Source: an uncultured Actinomycetes bacterium
Lineage (GTDB): Bacteria; Actinomycetota; Thermoleophilia; Gaiellales; Gaiellaceae
Length of the DNA: 64,000 nt
Direction: 5' to 3'
NCBI GenBank assembly: GCA_963733155.1
Contig: CAVTCK010000017.1
Location: 9,590-73,589, forward strand
The stretch's first letter is position 1. Every line of letters starts with the position of its first letter. Positions 19,168 to 27,590 of the stretch are shown one piece after another. A program made the position numbers and the translations under genes. Under the pieces are notes generated by a model. It saw only the letters and a program-made list of their open reading frames with translations, did no database searches and had not been told where the DNA came from.

Positions 19168-19574
19168 ATGAACTCCAAGAGCATGGCAGGTTGGATCGGC
19201 TTCGCCGGCATTGTGGTGCTGATCGTCGGCTCGATCGACTTCTTTCAGGGCCTAATCGCTCTGTTCGAAGACGAGTACTTCGTCGTCACTGGGTCTGGCT
19301 TCCTCGTCGTCGACCTGACGGCGTGGGGCTGGATCATGTTGATCTGGGGCGTGCTGCTCGTGCTCGCAGGCCTCGGACTCGTAGCCGCGCAGGGGTGGGC
19401 GCGCTGGTTTGCGATCGTGGTCGTGTCGTGAACTTCATCGCCCAGCTCGGCTTCCTCGGGAACAGCCAGTACCCGCTCTGGTCGCTGACCGTGATGGCGT
19501 TGAACATCGTGGTGCTGTACGCGCTGACCGCGCGCTGGAGCGAGAGCGCGGCCGAGCTCAGCGCCGCCCGCTAA
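19168..19574 (+). pseudogene. Small polytopic membrane protein, one frameshift
   Basis: MNSKSMAGWIGFAGIVVLIVGSIDFFQGLIALFEDEYFVV...WARWFAIVVV (ORF 19081-19431) continues as NFIAQLGFLGNSQYPLWSLTVMALNIVVLYALTARW in ORF 19191-19574. The junction is near 19425. Confidence 0.55.
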
Positions 19575-19670
19575 CGGGCTTTCCTCGGATCGAGGCCGTC
19601 GCGCAGCATTCGTGCGCGACGGCCTCGGCGACGAGAGTGGGAAGGCAGAGCTCATGATTGCCGCGCGGCT

Positions 19671-19994
19671 TCACCACTTCCGCGATACCCGCCGGACTCG
19701 GTGCGTGGAGGTCGCTCTGTTGCAGGCCGCGTGTTCTGGCCCTCGGTAGATGTTCCGGTCGAAGTCGTCATGCCCGAGATCCCAATCGGTGCCGGGCACG
19801 ATCGGCTTTCCGCAGCGGGCGCACAGCGCTCGGCCCGAGGCGACGACGAGGGCGAGTCGAGCTCGAAGCGCCTTGTGAGCTGGGCCGCTAACGCGACCGG
19901 CCGGCCTGGGCGCGGCGCCGATCCTCGCGGCGGGCGACGACCTGGCGACAGGAACACGGCGCCCCGCGATACGCGCCGACCGCGCAACCCGCAA
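19671..19994 (-). CDS. Phage-type HNH endonuclease
   Basis: ALCARCGKPIVPGTDWDLGHDDFDRNIYRGPEHAACNRATSTHRVRRVSRKW (an HNH motif with the Cys pair and the DLGH...H..CN signature). Confidence 0.6.
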   Translation of the reverse strand: MRVARSARIAGRRVPVARSSPAARIGAAPRPAGRVSGPAHKALRARLALVVASGRALCARCGKPIVPGTDWDLGHDDFDRNIYRGPEHAACNRATSTHRVRRVSRKW

Positions 19995-20360
19995 CGTGGC
20001 GGCCCTTGACCCGGTAGCCGAGGTCGACGAGACGATCGTCGAGCGTTTCTGGGTTTCACGCGGCGTGCTACCCGGGTGCTACACGGAAACGGCCGCCGGG
20101 CAGGATCGAACGCCCGCGTGGGGAAGGCCAAAGCAGCGACGGTCCGCTGGCCAGGCTTTTCAGGTCCGCTTGCCGCAGGCGGCCAGTGCCTGCTGCCAGC
20201 GGGCCATCGCCACGTCCACGGCTGCGCCCGCTTCCCGCTGGACGACGCATGCGCGAGCGCCGAAGTTCTTTCCGCCTCGACCCCAACCCGTCGCTAGACA
20301 GCGCCGCCGGGCTGGAGGATGCTGCCGACGCAGGAGTTTCGTTCGAGGATCGGAGGATCC

Positions 20361-20675
20361 ATGCGTACTGACCAGGGGCCGGGCCTGTCGGGGCCGGGCG
20401 GGTCGTTGCGCCGCTTCCGCTGGGTTGCGGTGCTGGCGATCGGGATCGCGATCGGGGTGGCGATGATGGCGACGCCGGTGTCGGGCGATGTCGGCAATAG
20501 CGTCACGCATCTTTGGAATGCGCATCTGAAGTCGAAGACGGATGCCCGCTACTACACGAAGGCGCAGGCGAACGCCCGCTATCTGGGCTCCGGGGCGAAG
20601 GCGGCCGATGCCGACAAGCTGGACGGGCTCGACTCGAGCGAGTTCTTTCGGGGAGCGGCCGGGCCCAGGTGGTGA
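20361..20675 (+). CDS. Hypothetical secreted protein (signal peptide, LDGLDSSEF motif)
   Basis: ggagga RBS before ATG 20361. Signal/TM segment FRWVAVLAIGIAIGVAMMATPVSG. The motif ADKLDGLDSSEF is common in tail-fibre-like and secreted proteins. Looks short or truncated. Confidence 0.4.
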   Translation: MRTDQGPGLSGPGGSLRRFRWVAVLAIGIAIGVAMMATPVSGDVGNSVTHLWNAHLKSKTDARYYTKAQANARYLGSGAKAADADKLDGLDSSEFFRGAAGPRW

Positions 20676-20810
20676 TAACGAGGTAGATACGCGCAGACAG
20701 AACCACGTACACGCGTCGAGGGGGACGGCGCACCTTCCCCCTCGACGACGAGATCGACCGCTGCTGTGCCGTCGTAGCCGCCCTGGCGACGGCCTAGACT
20801 CTTCGCTCCC

Positions 20811-22013
20811 ATGCGGACGCCCCTCGCAGCCTGGACGGCGGCCCTCGCTGTCGCCGGCACGCTCGCCGTCTCCTGCGGCGGTGAATCCGAGAGCGAGGCC
20901 AGTACGGCTGTGCCGCCCGGCGGCCATGCCGTGAGCCATGGCGTGGCCCATCTCCAGGAGGAGCTGTCCGACCTCGGGTACTACGAGGGGCCGCACGACG
21001 GTGTCTTCAGCGAGGAAACCGAAGACGCGCTCCGGCAGCTCCAGGCGGACGAGGGGATCGAGACCTCGGGCAAGCTCGACCGGGCTACCCTCGCCGTTCT
21101 CGGCGCGCTCGCCGGCGAAAGCGACGCCCTCTCCGTGAAGGCGGTGCAGACGGCGCTGACGGAGCTCGGTCTCTACACCGGCCTGATCGACGGGGACTAT
21201 GGGCCTGCGACCGAAGCGGGGATCGAAGAGGTGCAGCGGGAGGCGGGCATCGAGGTCGACGGCGAGCTCGGCCCTGACACCGCCGCCGCGCTCAACGACC
21301 TCTACCAGGAGCAAGTCCTCCCCGAGAAGCCCGTCGGTGAGGTCGGCAACACGACGGCCGACCAGGGCGAGGGCGGGCAGCTGCTCCGGCCCGGCTCCAA
21401 GGGGCGCGCCGTGAAGAAGCTGCAGAAGCGGCTCGCACGACTCGGGTACCGACCCGGGCCGGCCGACGGTGCCTACGGCGCCGCCACGGCCTCGGCCGTC
21501 ATGGCCTTCGAGAAGCACGAGGGCCTGGGCCGCGACGGCGTCGCCGGTCCTCAGGTCCGGGCGAGGCTCCGCAATCCGCAGGGAGCAGGCCCGCGCCCAA
21601 AGGGGCCGAGACCCCGGATCGAGGTCGATCTCGACCGCCAGATCGCCTTCGTCGTCTCCGGCAAGGGGGAGGTCACCGTCCTGAACGTCTCTACCGGCTC
21701 GGGAGAGACGTACGACGTGCCCGGCGGTGGCACTGCGGTTGCCTACACGCCCACCGGCCGCTTCACCGTCTACCGCGAGGCGGACGGGATCGTGGAGGCG
21801 CCGCTGGGAAGCCTGTACAAGCCGCTCTACTTCGACGAGGGCTGGGCGGTGCACGGAGCCGCGAGCGTTCCCGGGTACCCCGCCAGCCACGGCTGCGTGC
21901 GAACAAGCGACTACGACCAGGACTTCGTCGCGCGGACGCTCTCGAAGGGCTCGACCGTGCTCGTCTACGGGAAGAGCCGCGGCCAGCAGGCGGAGGCCCA
22001 GCCGGGGTTTTGA
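20811..22013 (+). CDS. L,D-transpeptidase (YkuD domain) with three peptidoglycan-binding repeats; lipoprotein signal
   Basis: Lipobox LAVSCGG. PG_binding_1-like repeats (VAHLQEELSDLGYYEGPHDGVF, VKAVQTALTELGLYTGLIDGDYG, VKKLQKRLARLGYRPGPADGAYG). Catalytic end: GWAVHGAASVPGYPASHGCVR. Confidence 0.85.
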   Translation: MRTPLAAWTAALAVAGTLAVSCGGESESEASTAVPPGGHAVSHGVAHLQEELSDLGYYEGPHDGVFSEETEDALRQLQADEGIETSGKLDRATLAVLGALAGESDALSVKAVQTALTELGLYTGLIDGDYGPATEAGIEEVQREAGIEVDGELGPDTAAALNDLYQEQVLPEKPVGEVGNTTADQGEGGQLLRPGSKGRAVKKLQKRLARLGYRPGPADGAYGAATASAVMAFEKHEGLGRDGVAGPQVRARLRNPQGAGPRPKGPRPRIEVDLDRQIAFVVSGKGEVTVLNVSTGSGETYDVPGGGTAVAYTPTGRFTVYREADGIVEAPLGSLYKPLYFDEGWAVHGAASVPGYPASHGCVRTSDYDQDFVARTLSKGSTVLVYGKSRGQQAEAQPGF

Positions 22014-22026
22014 GAGCACGTCCCAA

Positions 22027-22594
22027 AATGAAGGCGGCGCCGGCGAGGACACGATTGTTGGGCCACAGGCCGGTACGACGCACCTCGAGGGTGGAGACGG
22101 CGACGATCGGCTCACGGCCCTTGGTCCGGAGGCCAATGATTCAGCCAACTTCACGACGTTCGACGGCGGGCCGGGTTCGGATTATCTCGCGGGGAACAAC
22201 CTGTACGACAGGGTTTCCTATGCGGATCGTGCCGCTGATGTCAGGGTGACGCTGGATGGCCGAGCGAACGACGGTGAAGCAGGAGAAGGCGACAACGTCG
22301 TCGACATCAGGGGCGTCGCCACGGGCTCGGGCGCCGACGTCGTGGTCGGAAACTCGCGGGCGAACTTCATCAGTACGGGTGCAGGTCGCGACAGCGTGCG
22401 CGCGGGCGCGGGGGGCGACAGCTTGGACGGAGGGCCCGGCCGCGACGATCTGCGTGGCTCGACAGGCAAAGATGGGTTCGAGGCGCGCGACGGCTCCCGT
22501 GACGTCCTCGGGGCGGCAACGGGCGCGACTTCGCCGTGCCGATCGAAACCTCGACGTCCTCACCTCGATCGAGCGGCAGCGCTTGCGTCGCTGA
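22027..22594 (+). pseudogene. RTX-like calcium-binding repeat protein fragment (no start codon or signal peptide; at least 2 frameshifts near the 3' end)
   Basis: GG-x-G-x-D type repeats: GGAGEDTIVG, EGGDGDDRL, DGGPGSDYLAG, TGAGRDSVRAGAGGDSLDGGPGRDDL. The C-terminal pieces GNGRDFAV and ADRNLDVLTSIERQRLRR lie in other frames. Confidence 0.5.
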
Positions 22595-22638
22595 CGCGGG
22601 CCGCGCTGAAGCCGGCTCCGGTCTGGCATCGTGACCGG

Positions 22639-23130
22639 GTGATCCTGCGCGAGCCCGCTACCGCGCCCGACCCGCGGGTGCGGACGTACTGGCTGGTCGA
22701 GAACCTGATCGCCACCGGCGTCGTCGCGGGGCTCGTGATCGCGGGCACGGTCGTCGCGGCCCTGCTGGGCGCGAGCACGGTGGCGTGGCTCGTGGGCGGG
22801 CTCGGCGGGCTCCTCGTCGTCGTCCTCGTGGTGCTCTCGTTCGTCGGCGCCGGGCTCGACTACCGGCACTTCCGCTACGAGGTCGCCGACCTCGGGCTCG
22901 CCGTCGCGAGCGGCTGGCTCTGGCGCCGCTACCAGGTCGTGCCGCACGCCCGCGTGCAGACGGTGGACACGACCTCGAACCCGCTGATGCGCGCATTCGG
23001 CCTCGTCTCGGTCGAGGTGACGACCGCGTCGGCGGCCGGCGGCACCTCGATCCCCGGGCTGACTCCGGAGGTCGCCGATGGGCTCGTCGAGGAGCTCGCG
23101 CGCCGCGCCGGCTTGGAGGAGGGAACCTGA
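22639..23130 (+). CDS. YdbS-like membrane protein with a bacterial PH (bPH_2) domain
   Basis: Two TM helices (ATGVVAGLVIAGTVVAALLG...LLVVVLVVLSFVGAGL), then YRHFRYEVADLGLAVASGWLWRRYQVVPHARVQTVDTTSNPLMRAFGLVSVEVTTA. Start taken at GTG 22639. Confidence 0.7.
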   Translation: MILREPATAPDPRVRTYWLVENLIATGVVAGLVIAGTVVAALLGASTVAWLVGGLGGLLVVVLVVLSFVGAGLDYRHFRYEVADLGLAVASGWLWRRYQVVPHARVQTVDTTSNPLMRAFGLVSVEVTTASAAGGTSIPGLTPEVADGLVEELARRAGLEEGT

Positions 23131-23266
23131 GCGTCGCTCGCCTTCGGCTCGCTCCCGTGGGGGAAACCATGTTTCCCCCACGTGCCCCCTTCTTTGAGAC
23201 AGTGAGGGAACCTCCCGGGTCCCTCACACGCCCTCCCCACCCTCACAGGCCTGGTGGCCTGTGAGC
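23127..23266 (+). repeat. Family-A intercistronic repeat, copy 1 (three hairpins; open 45-codon frame ending in a GTGA overlap)
   Basis: About 85-90% identical by eye to 51731-51873. Hairpins at 23157-23181, 23202-23227 and 23242-23265. Bounded by TGAGCG on both sides (the stop at 23128-23130 and the start at 23261-23263). Confidence 0.85.
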
Positions 23267-24697
23267 GCGAGGGCCGCCGAGCTCGAGGGGCGCTTGCACC
23301 CCCTCGCCGTGCTCGTCTATGCGCGCCGGTTCATCGGCGCGAGCATCCTGCCCCTCCTCGTGCTTCTGGTCTCCGCGGGCACGCGCGTGCTCGTCCCGCT
23401 CCTGGCGGTCGCGCTCTTCGTCGGGCTGCCGCTCGCGATCCTTTCCTGGTGGCGCTTCCGCTACCGCGTGAGCGGAGGGCGGCTCGAGCTCCACTCCGGC
23501 GTCTTCAGCCGGTCCGTGCGGACGATCCCGCGGGAGCGGGTTCGCGGCATCGACGTGACCGAGCCGTTCGTCCACCGGCTGTTCGGGCTCGTCAAGGTGG
23601 AGGTCGAAGCGGCAGCGGGAGGCGACTCGAAGCAGGCCGAGCTCTCGCTCGCTGCCGTCTCGCGCGGGCAGGCCGACGAGCTCCGCGAGGCGCTGCTCGG
23701 CGGCGGCGCGGGCGCCGCCGAGGCGGCGGAGGCCGAGCCGCTCTACCAGGCGACGCCGGGCCTGCTCGCCCTCGGCGGGATCACGAGCATGAGCTACCTC
23801 CTGGCCCCGGCCGCGATCGTCGGCGTCGTGCTCAACTTGGCGGACGATCTGCCCGGCGACGTTGTCGAGAGCGCCGTCGAGGGTGCTGCCGACCGATTCC
23901 CCACCGACCTCCTCGGGCTCGTTCTAGTCGGAACGGCGGCGGTCGCCGTCGTTCTCGCGGCTGCCGCCGCCGGCTCGCTGCTCGTCGACTGGGCGTTCAC
24001 GCTCAGGGACGAGGGCGAGCGGCTGGCCGCCACCCGCGGGCTACTCACGCGTCGCGCCGTTCATCTCGACCGGGATCGCATCCGCGGCGCGGACGTGCGC
24101 GATTCCCCGCTCCGGCGGCCGCTCCGCCTTGCCTCCGTCACGGCGATCGCCGCCGGGCTGCGCGGCCGCACCGGCGGGACCTCGCTTGCACCCGTGCTTC
24201 GCTCGCGGTCCGTCCCGGCTCTTCTTCGCGCTGTCGATCCCGCGGCGCCCGACCCGAGCGCGCCGCTCGTCGCTCATCCGCCCGCCGCGCGGTGGCGGCG
24301 GCTGACGCGGGCACTGCCGCTGCCGCTCGCCGGCCTGGTCGCCGCCGCAGTCTTCGGTGTCCTCTGGGCAGTCGCCGCTGCGGCGGCGCTCACGGCTGCG
24401 GCTGTCCCGCTCGCGCTCGACCGCTACCGCCAGCTCGGACACGCGTACGACGGCCGGCGTCTCGCTCTGCGAGGAGGCACGTTGCGACGCCGCTGGTCGG
24501 AGGTCGATCCCGACGGCGTCGTCTCCTTCGACCTGCGGAGCTCGCCGGGGCAGCGCCGTGCCGGCCTCGCCACGCTCACCGTCCACCTCGGGCAGGGCGC
24601 CGGCTCGCGCCGTGCTCTGGACATCGGGGAGGAGCAGGCGGCCGAGCTCCTCGGCCGCGTACACCCGCAGCTCTTCGGACCTCTCAGCCGACGCTGA
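23261..24697 (+). CDS. YdbT-like membrane protein with repeated bPH_2 domains
   Basis: LHPLAVLVYARRFIGASILP...WWRFRYRVSGGRLELHSGVFSRSVRTIPRERVRGIDVTEPFVHRLFGLVKVEVEAA, followed by two further similar modules. GTG start. Confidence 0.8.
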   Translation: MSARAAELEGRLHPLAVLVYARRFIGASILPLLVLLVSAGTRVLVPLLAVALFVGLPLAILSWWRFRYRVSGGRLELHSGVFSRSVRTIPRERVRGIDVTEPFVHRLFGLVKVEVEAAAGGDSKQAELSLAAVSRGQADELREALLGGGAGAAEAAEAEPLYQATPGLLALGGITSMSYLLAPAAIVGVVLNLADDLPGDVVESAVEGAADRFPTDLLGLVLVGTAAVAVVLAAAAAGSLLVDWAFTLRDEGERLAATRGLLTRRAVHLDRDRIRGADVRDSPLRRPLRLASVTAIAAGLRGRTGGTSLAPVLRSRSVPALLRAVDPAAPDPSAPLVAHPPAARWRRLTRALPLPLAGLVAAAVFGVLWAVAAAAALTAAAVPLALDRYRQLGHAYDGRRLALRGGTLRRRWSEVDPDGVVSFDLRSSPGQRRAGLATLTVHLGQGAGSRRALDIGEEQAAELLGRVHPQLFGPLSRR

Positions 24698-25121
24698 GCA
24701 AGTCAGTGAGGGTCACCTTCAAGGCGTCGACGCGCTCGTCGTCGAGGCGACGCCGAACGAGCAGGTCGAGCTCGGCGAGCACCTCGGCGGCGATCGGCTC
24801 GAAGGCTCGGGCACGACTCGTAAGGAAGACAAGCGACGCGCGGCCGTCGCTCGGGTCCGCGCGCCGCTCGACGAGCCCGTCACGCTCGAGCCGCCGTACG
24901 AGCTCCGTCATCGTCTGCTTGCTCAGGCGAGACCGTCGTGCCAGCTCGCCCAGGCGAAGCCCGTCCTCCTCGAAGAGCGGCAGCAGGATGGAGCCGTACG
25001 ACGGGCGGATGTCCCCGTAGCCGGCTGCGGCGAAGCGCTCGGTCAGGAGCTCGTTCCAGCGCTGTGTCGCCTTGGCGAGCAGAAAGCCGAGGTCGTCACG
25101 GCCGACGGCCCGCTCGCTCAC
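24684..25121 (-). CDS. MarR-family transcriptional regulator
   Basis: LGFLLAKATQRWNELL...LRLGELARRSRLSKQTMTELVRRLERDGLVERRADPSDGRASLVFLTSRA. Confidence 0.85.
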   Translation of the reverse strand: MSERAVGRDDLGFLLAKATQRWNELLTERFAAAGYGDIRPSYGSILLPLFEEDGLRLGELARRSRLSKQTMTELVRRLERDGLVERRADPSDGRASLVFLTSRARAFEPIAAEVLAELDLLVRRRLDDERVDALKVTLTDLLSVG

Positions 25122-25507
25122 GAAAAGATCCGGCGGATGTTCTCGAACTCGCGGAGGAGCGACCGATACTGCGAGTCGAAATCCTCGTCGGGCAGGCCGG
25201 GCGCCTGGAACATCGTGAAGCTGTAGGCGCTCGCGCCGCCCGGCAGCCCGACGACCCGGGTGGGGAAGAGCCCGAGCTCGTCCTCAGTTGGGCCCGCGTA
25301 CATGTCGATCACACCCGTCTCCGGATCCGCCTCGATCGCGAAGTAGAACTCTCCGCGCCCGTTCACCACCTTGGCCTTGCCCTCCTCGTACCTGAGCTCC
25401 CGGGCGAACTCGGTCGCCCAGCCGGGCAGGTTCTCGACCCGCGACAGGTAGTCGAACACCTCGTCCTTCGGCGCCGCGAGCACAGCCGTGACAGTCCGGG
25501 TTTCCAT
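25118..25507 (-). CDS. SRPBCC-superfamily (polyketide-cyclase/START-like) protein, co-transcribed with the MarR gene
   Basis: VTAVLAAPKDEVFDYLSRVENLPGWATEFARELR... Its stop overlaps the MarR start by 4 nt. Confidence 0.65.
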   Translation of the reverse strand: METRTVTAVLAAPKDEVFDYLSRVENLPGWATEFARELRYEEGKAKVVNGRGEFYFAIEADPETGVIDMYAGPTEDELGLFPTRVVGLPGGASAYSFTMFQAPGLPDEDFDSQYRSLLREFENIRRIFS

Positions 25508-25522
25508 CGCCGTGCCTCCTCC

Positions 25523-25552
25523 AAGTAGTCTGTATACGTACTACTTAGTACG
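25523..25552. promoter_or_regulatory. AT-rich overlapping inverted repeats upstream of the SRPBCC-MarR operon (candidate MarR operator)
   Basis: AAGTAGT(25523-25529)...ACTACTT(25540-25546), and CGTACT(25537-25542)-ACTT-AGTACG(25547-25552). The only AT-rich patch in this neighbourhood. Confidence 0.4.
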
Positions 25553-27541
25553 GTACCAGACGGCTATCCGACCGCGGCGGGCTGCACGGCATCTTGGACG
25601 CAGTCGGGGAAGAGGACGTGGAACGAGGCGCCCCCGCCGTCCCTGATCCTCGACCCAGCTCCGACCCCCGTGCACTGCTGTGAACTGCGCGACGAGCGAC
25701 AGGCCGATTCCGGCGCCCGGCGTCATCGCGAGCACGCTCGGGCCGCGGTTGAAGGCCTCGAAGACGACCTCCTTGTACTCGTCAGGGATCCCGGGGCCGT
25801 CATCGTCGACGACGAGCAGCATGTCGCGGCCTCGACGAGTGAGCCGGACCCCGATCGAGCCCTCGTTCGGCGTGTGCTTGTCCGCGTTCATCACCAGGTT
25901 CTCGACGATGCGCTCGAGCTTCGCCTGGTCGACTTCGGCGACGACGGGCTCGCAGTCGACGCGAAGCGTACGGCCGTCCGGAGCACACTCGTCGACGACT
26001 CGCCGCACGAGCGCGTCGACTTCGACCGACTCGCGCCGGAGCGGGACCAAGCCCCGCCGCTGGCGCTCGACGTCGAGCAGGTCGGCGATCAAGCGTTCCA
26101 GCCGGCGGGCGCCACGGGCGAGGGCGGAGACGGTCTCGTCGAACGTCTCCGCGCTCATGGTCTCTCGGTGCTTCTCGAGCGTCAGCGCGAAGCCGAGCAC
26201 CGAGGTGAGCGGCGTCCGCAGTTCGTGCGACACGGCGGCGAGGATGTCCTGGCGGAGCCTCTCGACCTGCCGCTGCTCAGTGACGTCCTGCCCGGTCCCC
26301 AACATCGCCACCGGCTGCTTCCCACGTAAGACGACGCGCCCGCGGCTCGACAAGATGCGCTCGTGACCGTCAGGGCGGACGATCCGGTGCTCGAGCGCAT
26401 ACGGTTGCCCGTCCTCCAGGGCGGTCTGAACCGCCCGGTCGGCGAGGTCACGATCGTCTGGATGGACAAGGTCGAGGTAGGTCGCGTAGGTCAGAGGCTC
26501 CGCGCGCACGCGGTCGACGCCGAAGACCTGGTAGAGCTCGTCCGACCACCTGACGAGGTCGCGCTCGATGTCCCACTCCCAGCTGCCGATGTGGGCAATG
26601 CCCTGGGCTTCGCTCAGGCGGGAGGCCGAGAGGGCAAGAGCGCCGCTTGCCGCCTCCCGCTCGGCCAGCGTCGCGCCGAGGACGAGCAGGCTGATCGCCA
26701 GCACGGCGAACGACGCCTGAGCGAGCTGGACCCGCTCGGTCGCAGTCTCTCCACCGAGCGGAAGGGAGCCGTCGACAGCGCCCCAGGTCGCGAGCGCGCC
26801 GGCAATGAAGACGGACGCCGCTGCGCCCGCCTGCCTGAATCTGAGCGCGGCCCAGAGAAAGACCGGAAAGATCAGGACGAACGGGTAGCGCCAGGCGCCG
26901 CCGAGAAAGACGATCGCGCTCGTCGCGATCAGCGCGGCCGTCAGCACCGCGCCCTCGGCCAGGCGCGCGCGGCGCGGCAGCCCTTGCTGCCGCGCGTCGT
27001 AAAGCACGAGCAAGAGGGGCGCTACGACGAGGATCCCCATTGCGTCCCCGAACCACCAGAGGAGCCAGGCCGAGCCGAAGGAGTCCTGACGCGCGTCGGC
27101 AAGGCTCAGCACGGTGACGCCGTTCGTCGCGCTGATCGCCGTGCTCACGACGGCGCCGCCGACGACGAGCGCCAGCACCGAACGAATGCGGTCCAGCCGG
27201 ACCGTGAAGCCGATTCTGCGAACGAGGAAAGCTCCGGCCACCGCCGCGGCCGTGTTCCCGAAGGCGATTCCGGCGGCAACCCCGAGCGAGGCGTCGCTTG
27301 TTGCGTTGGCGAGAAAGGCGCCGAGGGCGACGGCAGGCCAGAAACGCACTCCGAGAACGAGAAGCGCGGCGAGGGCAATCCCGGACGGGGGCCACACGGG
27401 CGTGATCACCCCGTGCGAGACGGACAGGCTGAGGCCGAGCTTGGCGCCGCCGAAGTAGGCGCCGGCGATCAGCAGGAAGCAGGCGGCGTCGCGAACGTGC
27501 CTTCGAGCCGCCGGTGCCCCGTCGAGGTTACGCCAGTCCAT
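25541..27541 (-). CDS. Sensor histidine kinase (MASE1 membrane domain, PAS, HisKA, HATPase_c); probable frameshift in the last ~35 codons
   Basis: MASE1-like N-terminus (GAKLGLSLSVSHGVITPVWPPSGIALAALLV...). PAS (GIAHIGSWEWDIE...). H-box AAVSHELRTPLTSV. G-box VVDDDGPGIP...GAGIGLSLV. The expected tail GGASFHVLFPD...AAVG-stop (25564) lies in another frame from about 25640. Confidence 0.75.
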   Translation of the reverse strand: MDWRNLDGAPAARRHVRDAACFLLIAGAYFGGAKLGLSLSVSHGVITPVWPPSGIALAALLVLGVRFWPAVALGAFLANATSDASLGVAAGIAFGNTAAAVAGAFLVRRIGFTVRLDRIRSVLALVVGGAVVSTAISATNGVTVLSLADARQDSFGSAWLLWWFGDAMGILVVAPLLLVLYDARQQGLPRRARLAEGAVLTAALIATSAIVFLGGAWRYPFVLIFPVFLWAALRFRQAGAAASVFIAGALATWGAVDGSLPLGGETATERVQLAQASFAVLAISLLVLGATLAEREAASGALALSASRLSEAQGIAHIGSWEWDIERDLVRWSDELYQVFGVDRVRAEPLTYATYLDLVHPDDRDLADRAVQTALEDGQPYALEHRIVRPDGHERILSSRGRVVLRGKQPVAMLGTGQDVTEQRQVERLRQDILAAVSHELRTPLTSVLGFALTLEKHRETMSAETFDETVSALARGARRLERLIADLLDVERQRRGLVPLRRESVEVDALVRRVVDECAPDGRTLRVDCEPVVAEVDQAKLERIVENLVMNADKHTPNEGSIGVRLTRRGRDMLLVVDDDGPGIPDEYKEVVFEAFNRGPSVLAMTPGAGIGLSLVAQFTAVHGGRSWVEDQGRRGRLVPRPLPRLRPRCRAARRGRIAVWYRTK

Positions 27542-27590
27542 GCCTCAGGTGCGCATTGTCACAGACGCGCGCCCCCAGGCAAAGGGGCTT

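Noticed and set aside
20160-22154. Very long ORFs on the opposite strand or in off-frames of recognised genes. Examples: 20160-22154(-) 664 aa, 43095-44951(-) 618 aa, 54708-56507(-) 599 aa, 49429-51087(-) 552 aa, 23254-25020(+) 588 aa, 26363-27739(+) 458 aa, 35015-36652(+) 545 aa.
   Set aside because: They are Arg/Pro/Gly/Ala-dominated with no recognisable motifs, and they overlap genes that have clear family signatures. These are typical shadow ORFs in very GC-rich DNA, where off-frame stop codons are rare.
23127-23266. Repeat families A and B might be CRISPR repeats, a riboswitch, or simple rho-independent terminators.
   Set aside because: There are only two copies of each, 28 kb and 11 kb apart, with no spacer array. 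They sit inside operons between translationally coupled genes, lack U-tracts and keep an open frame. No known riboswitch core was recognised.
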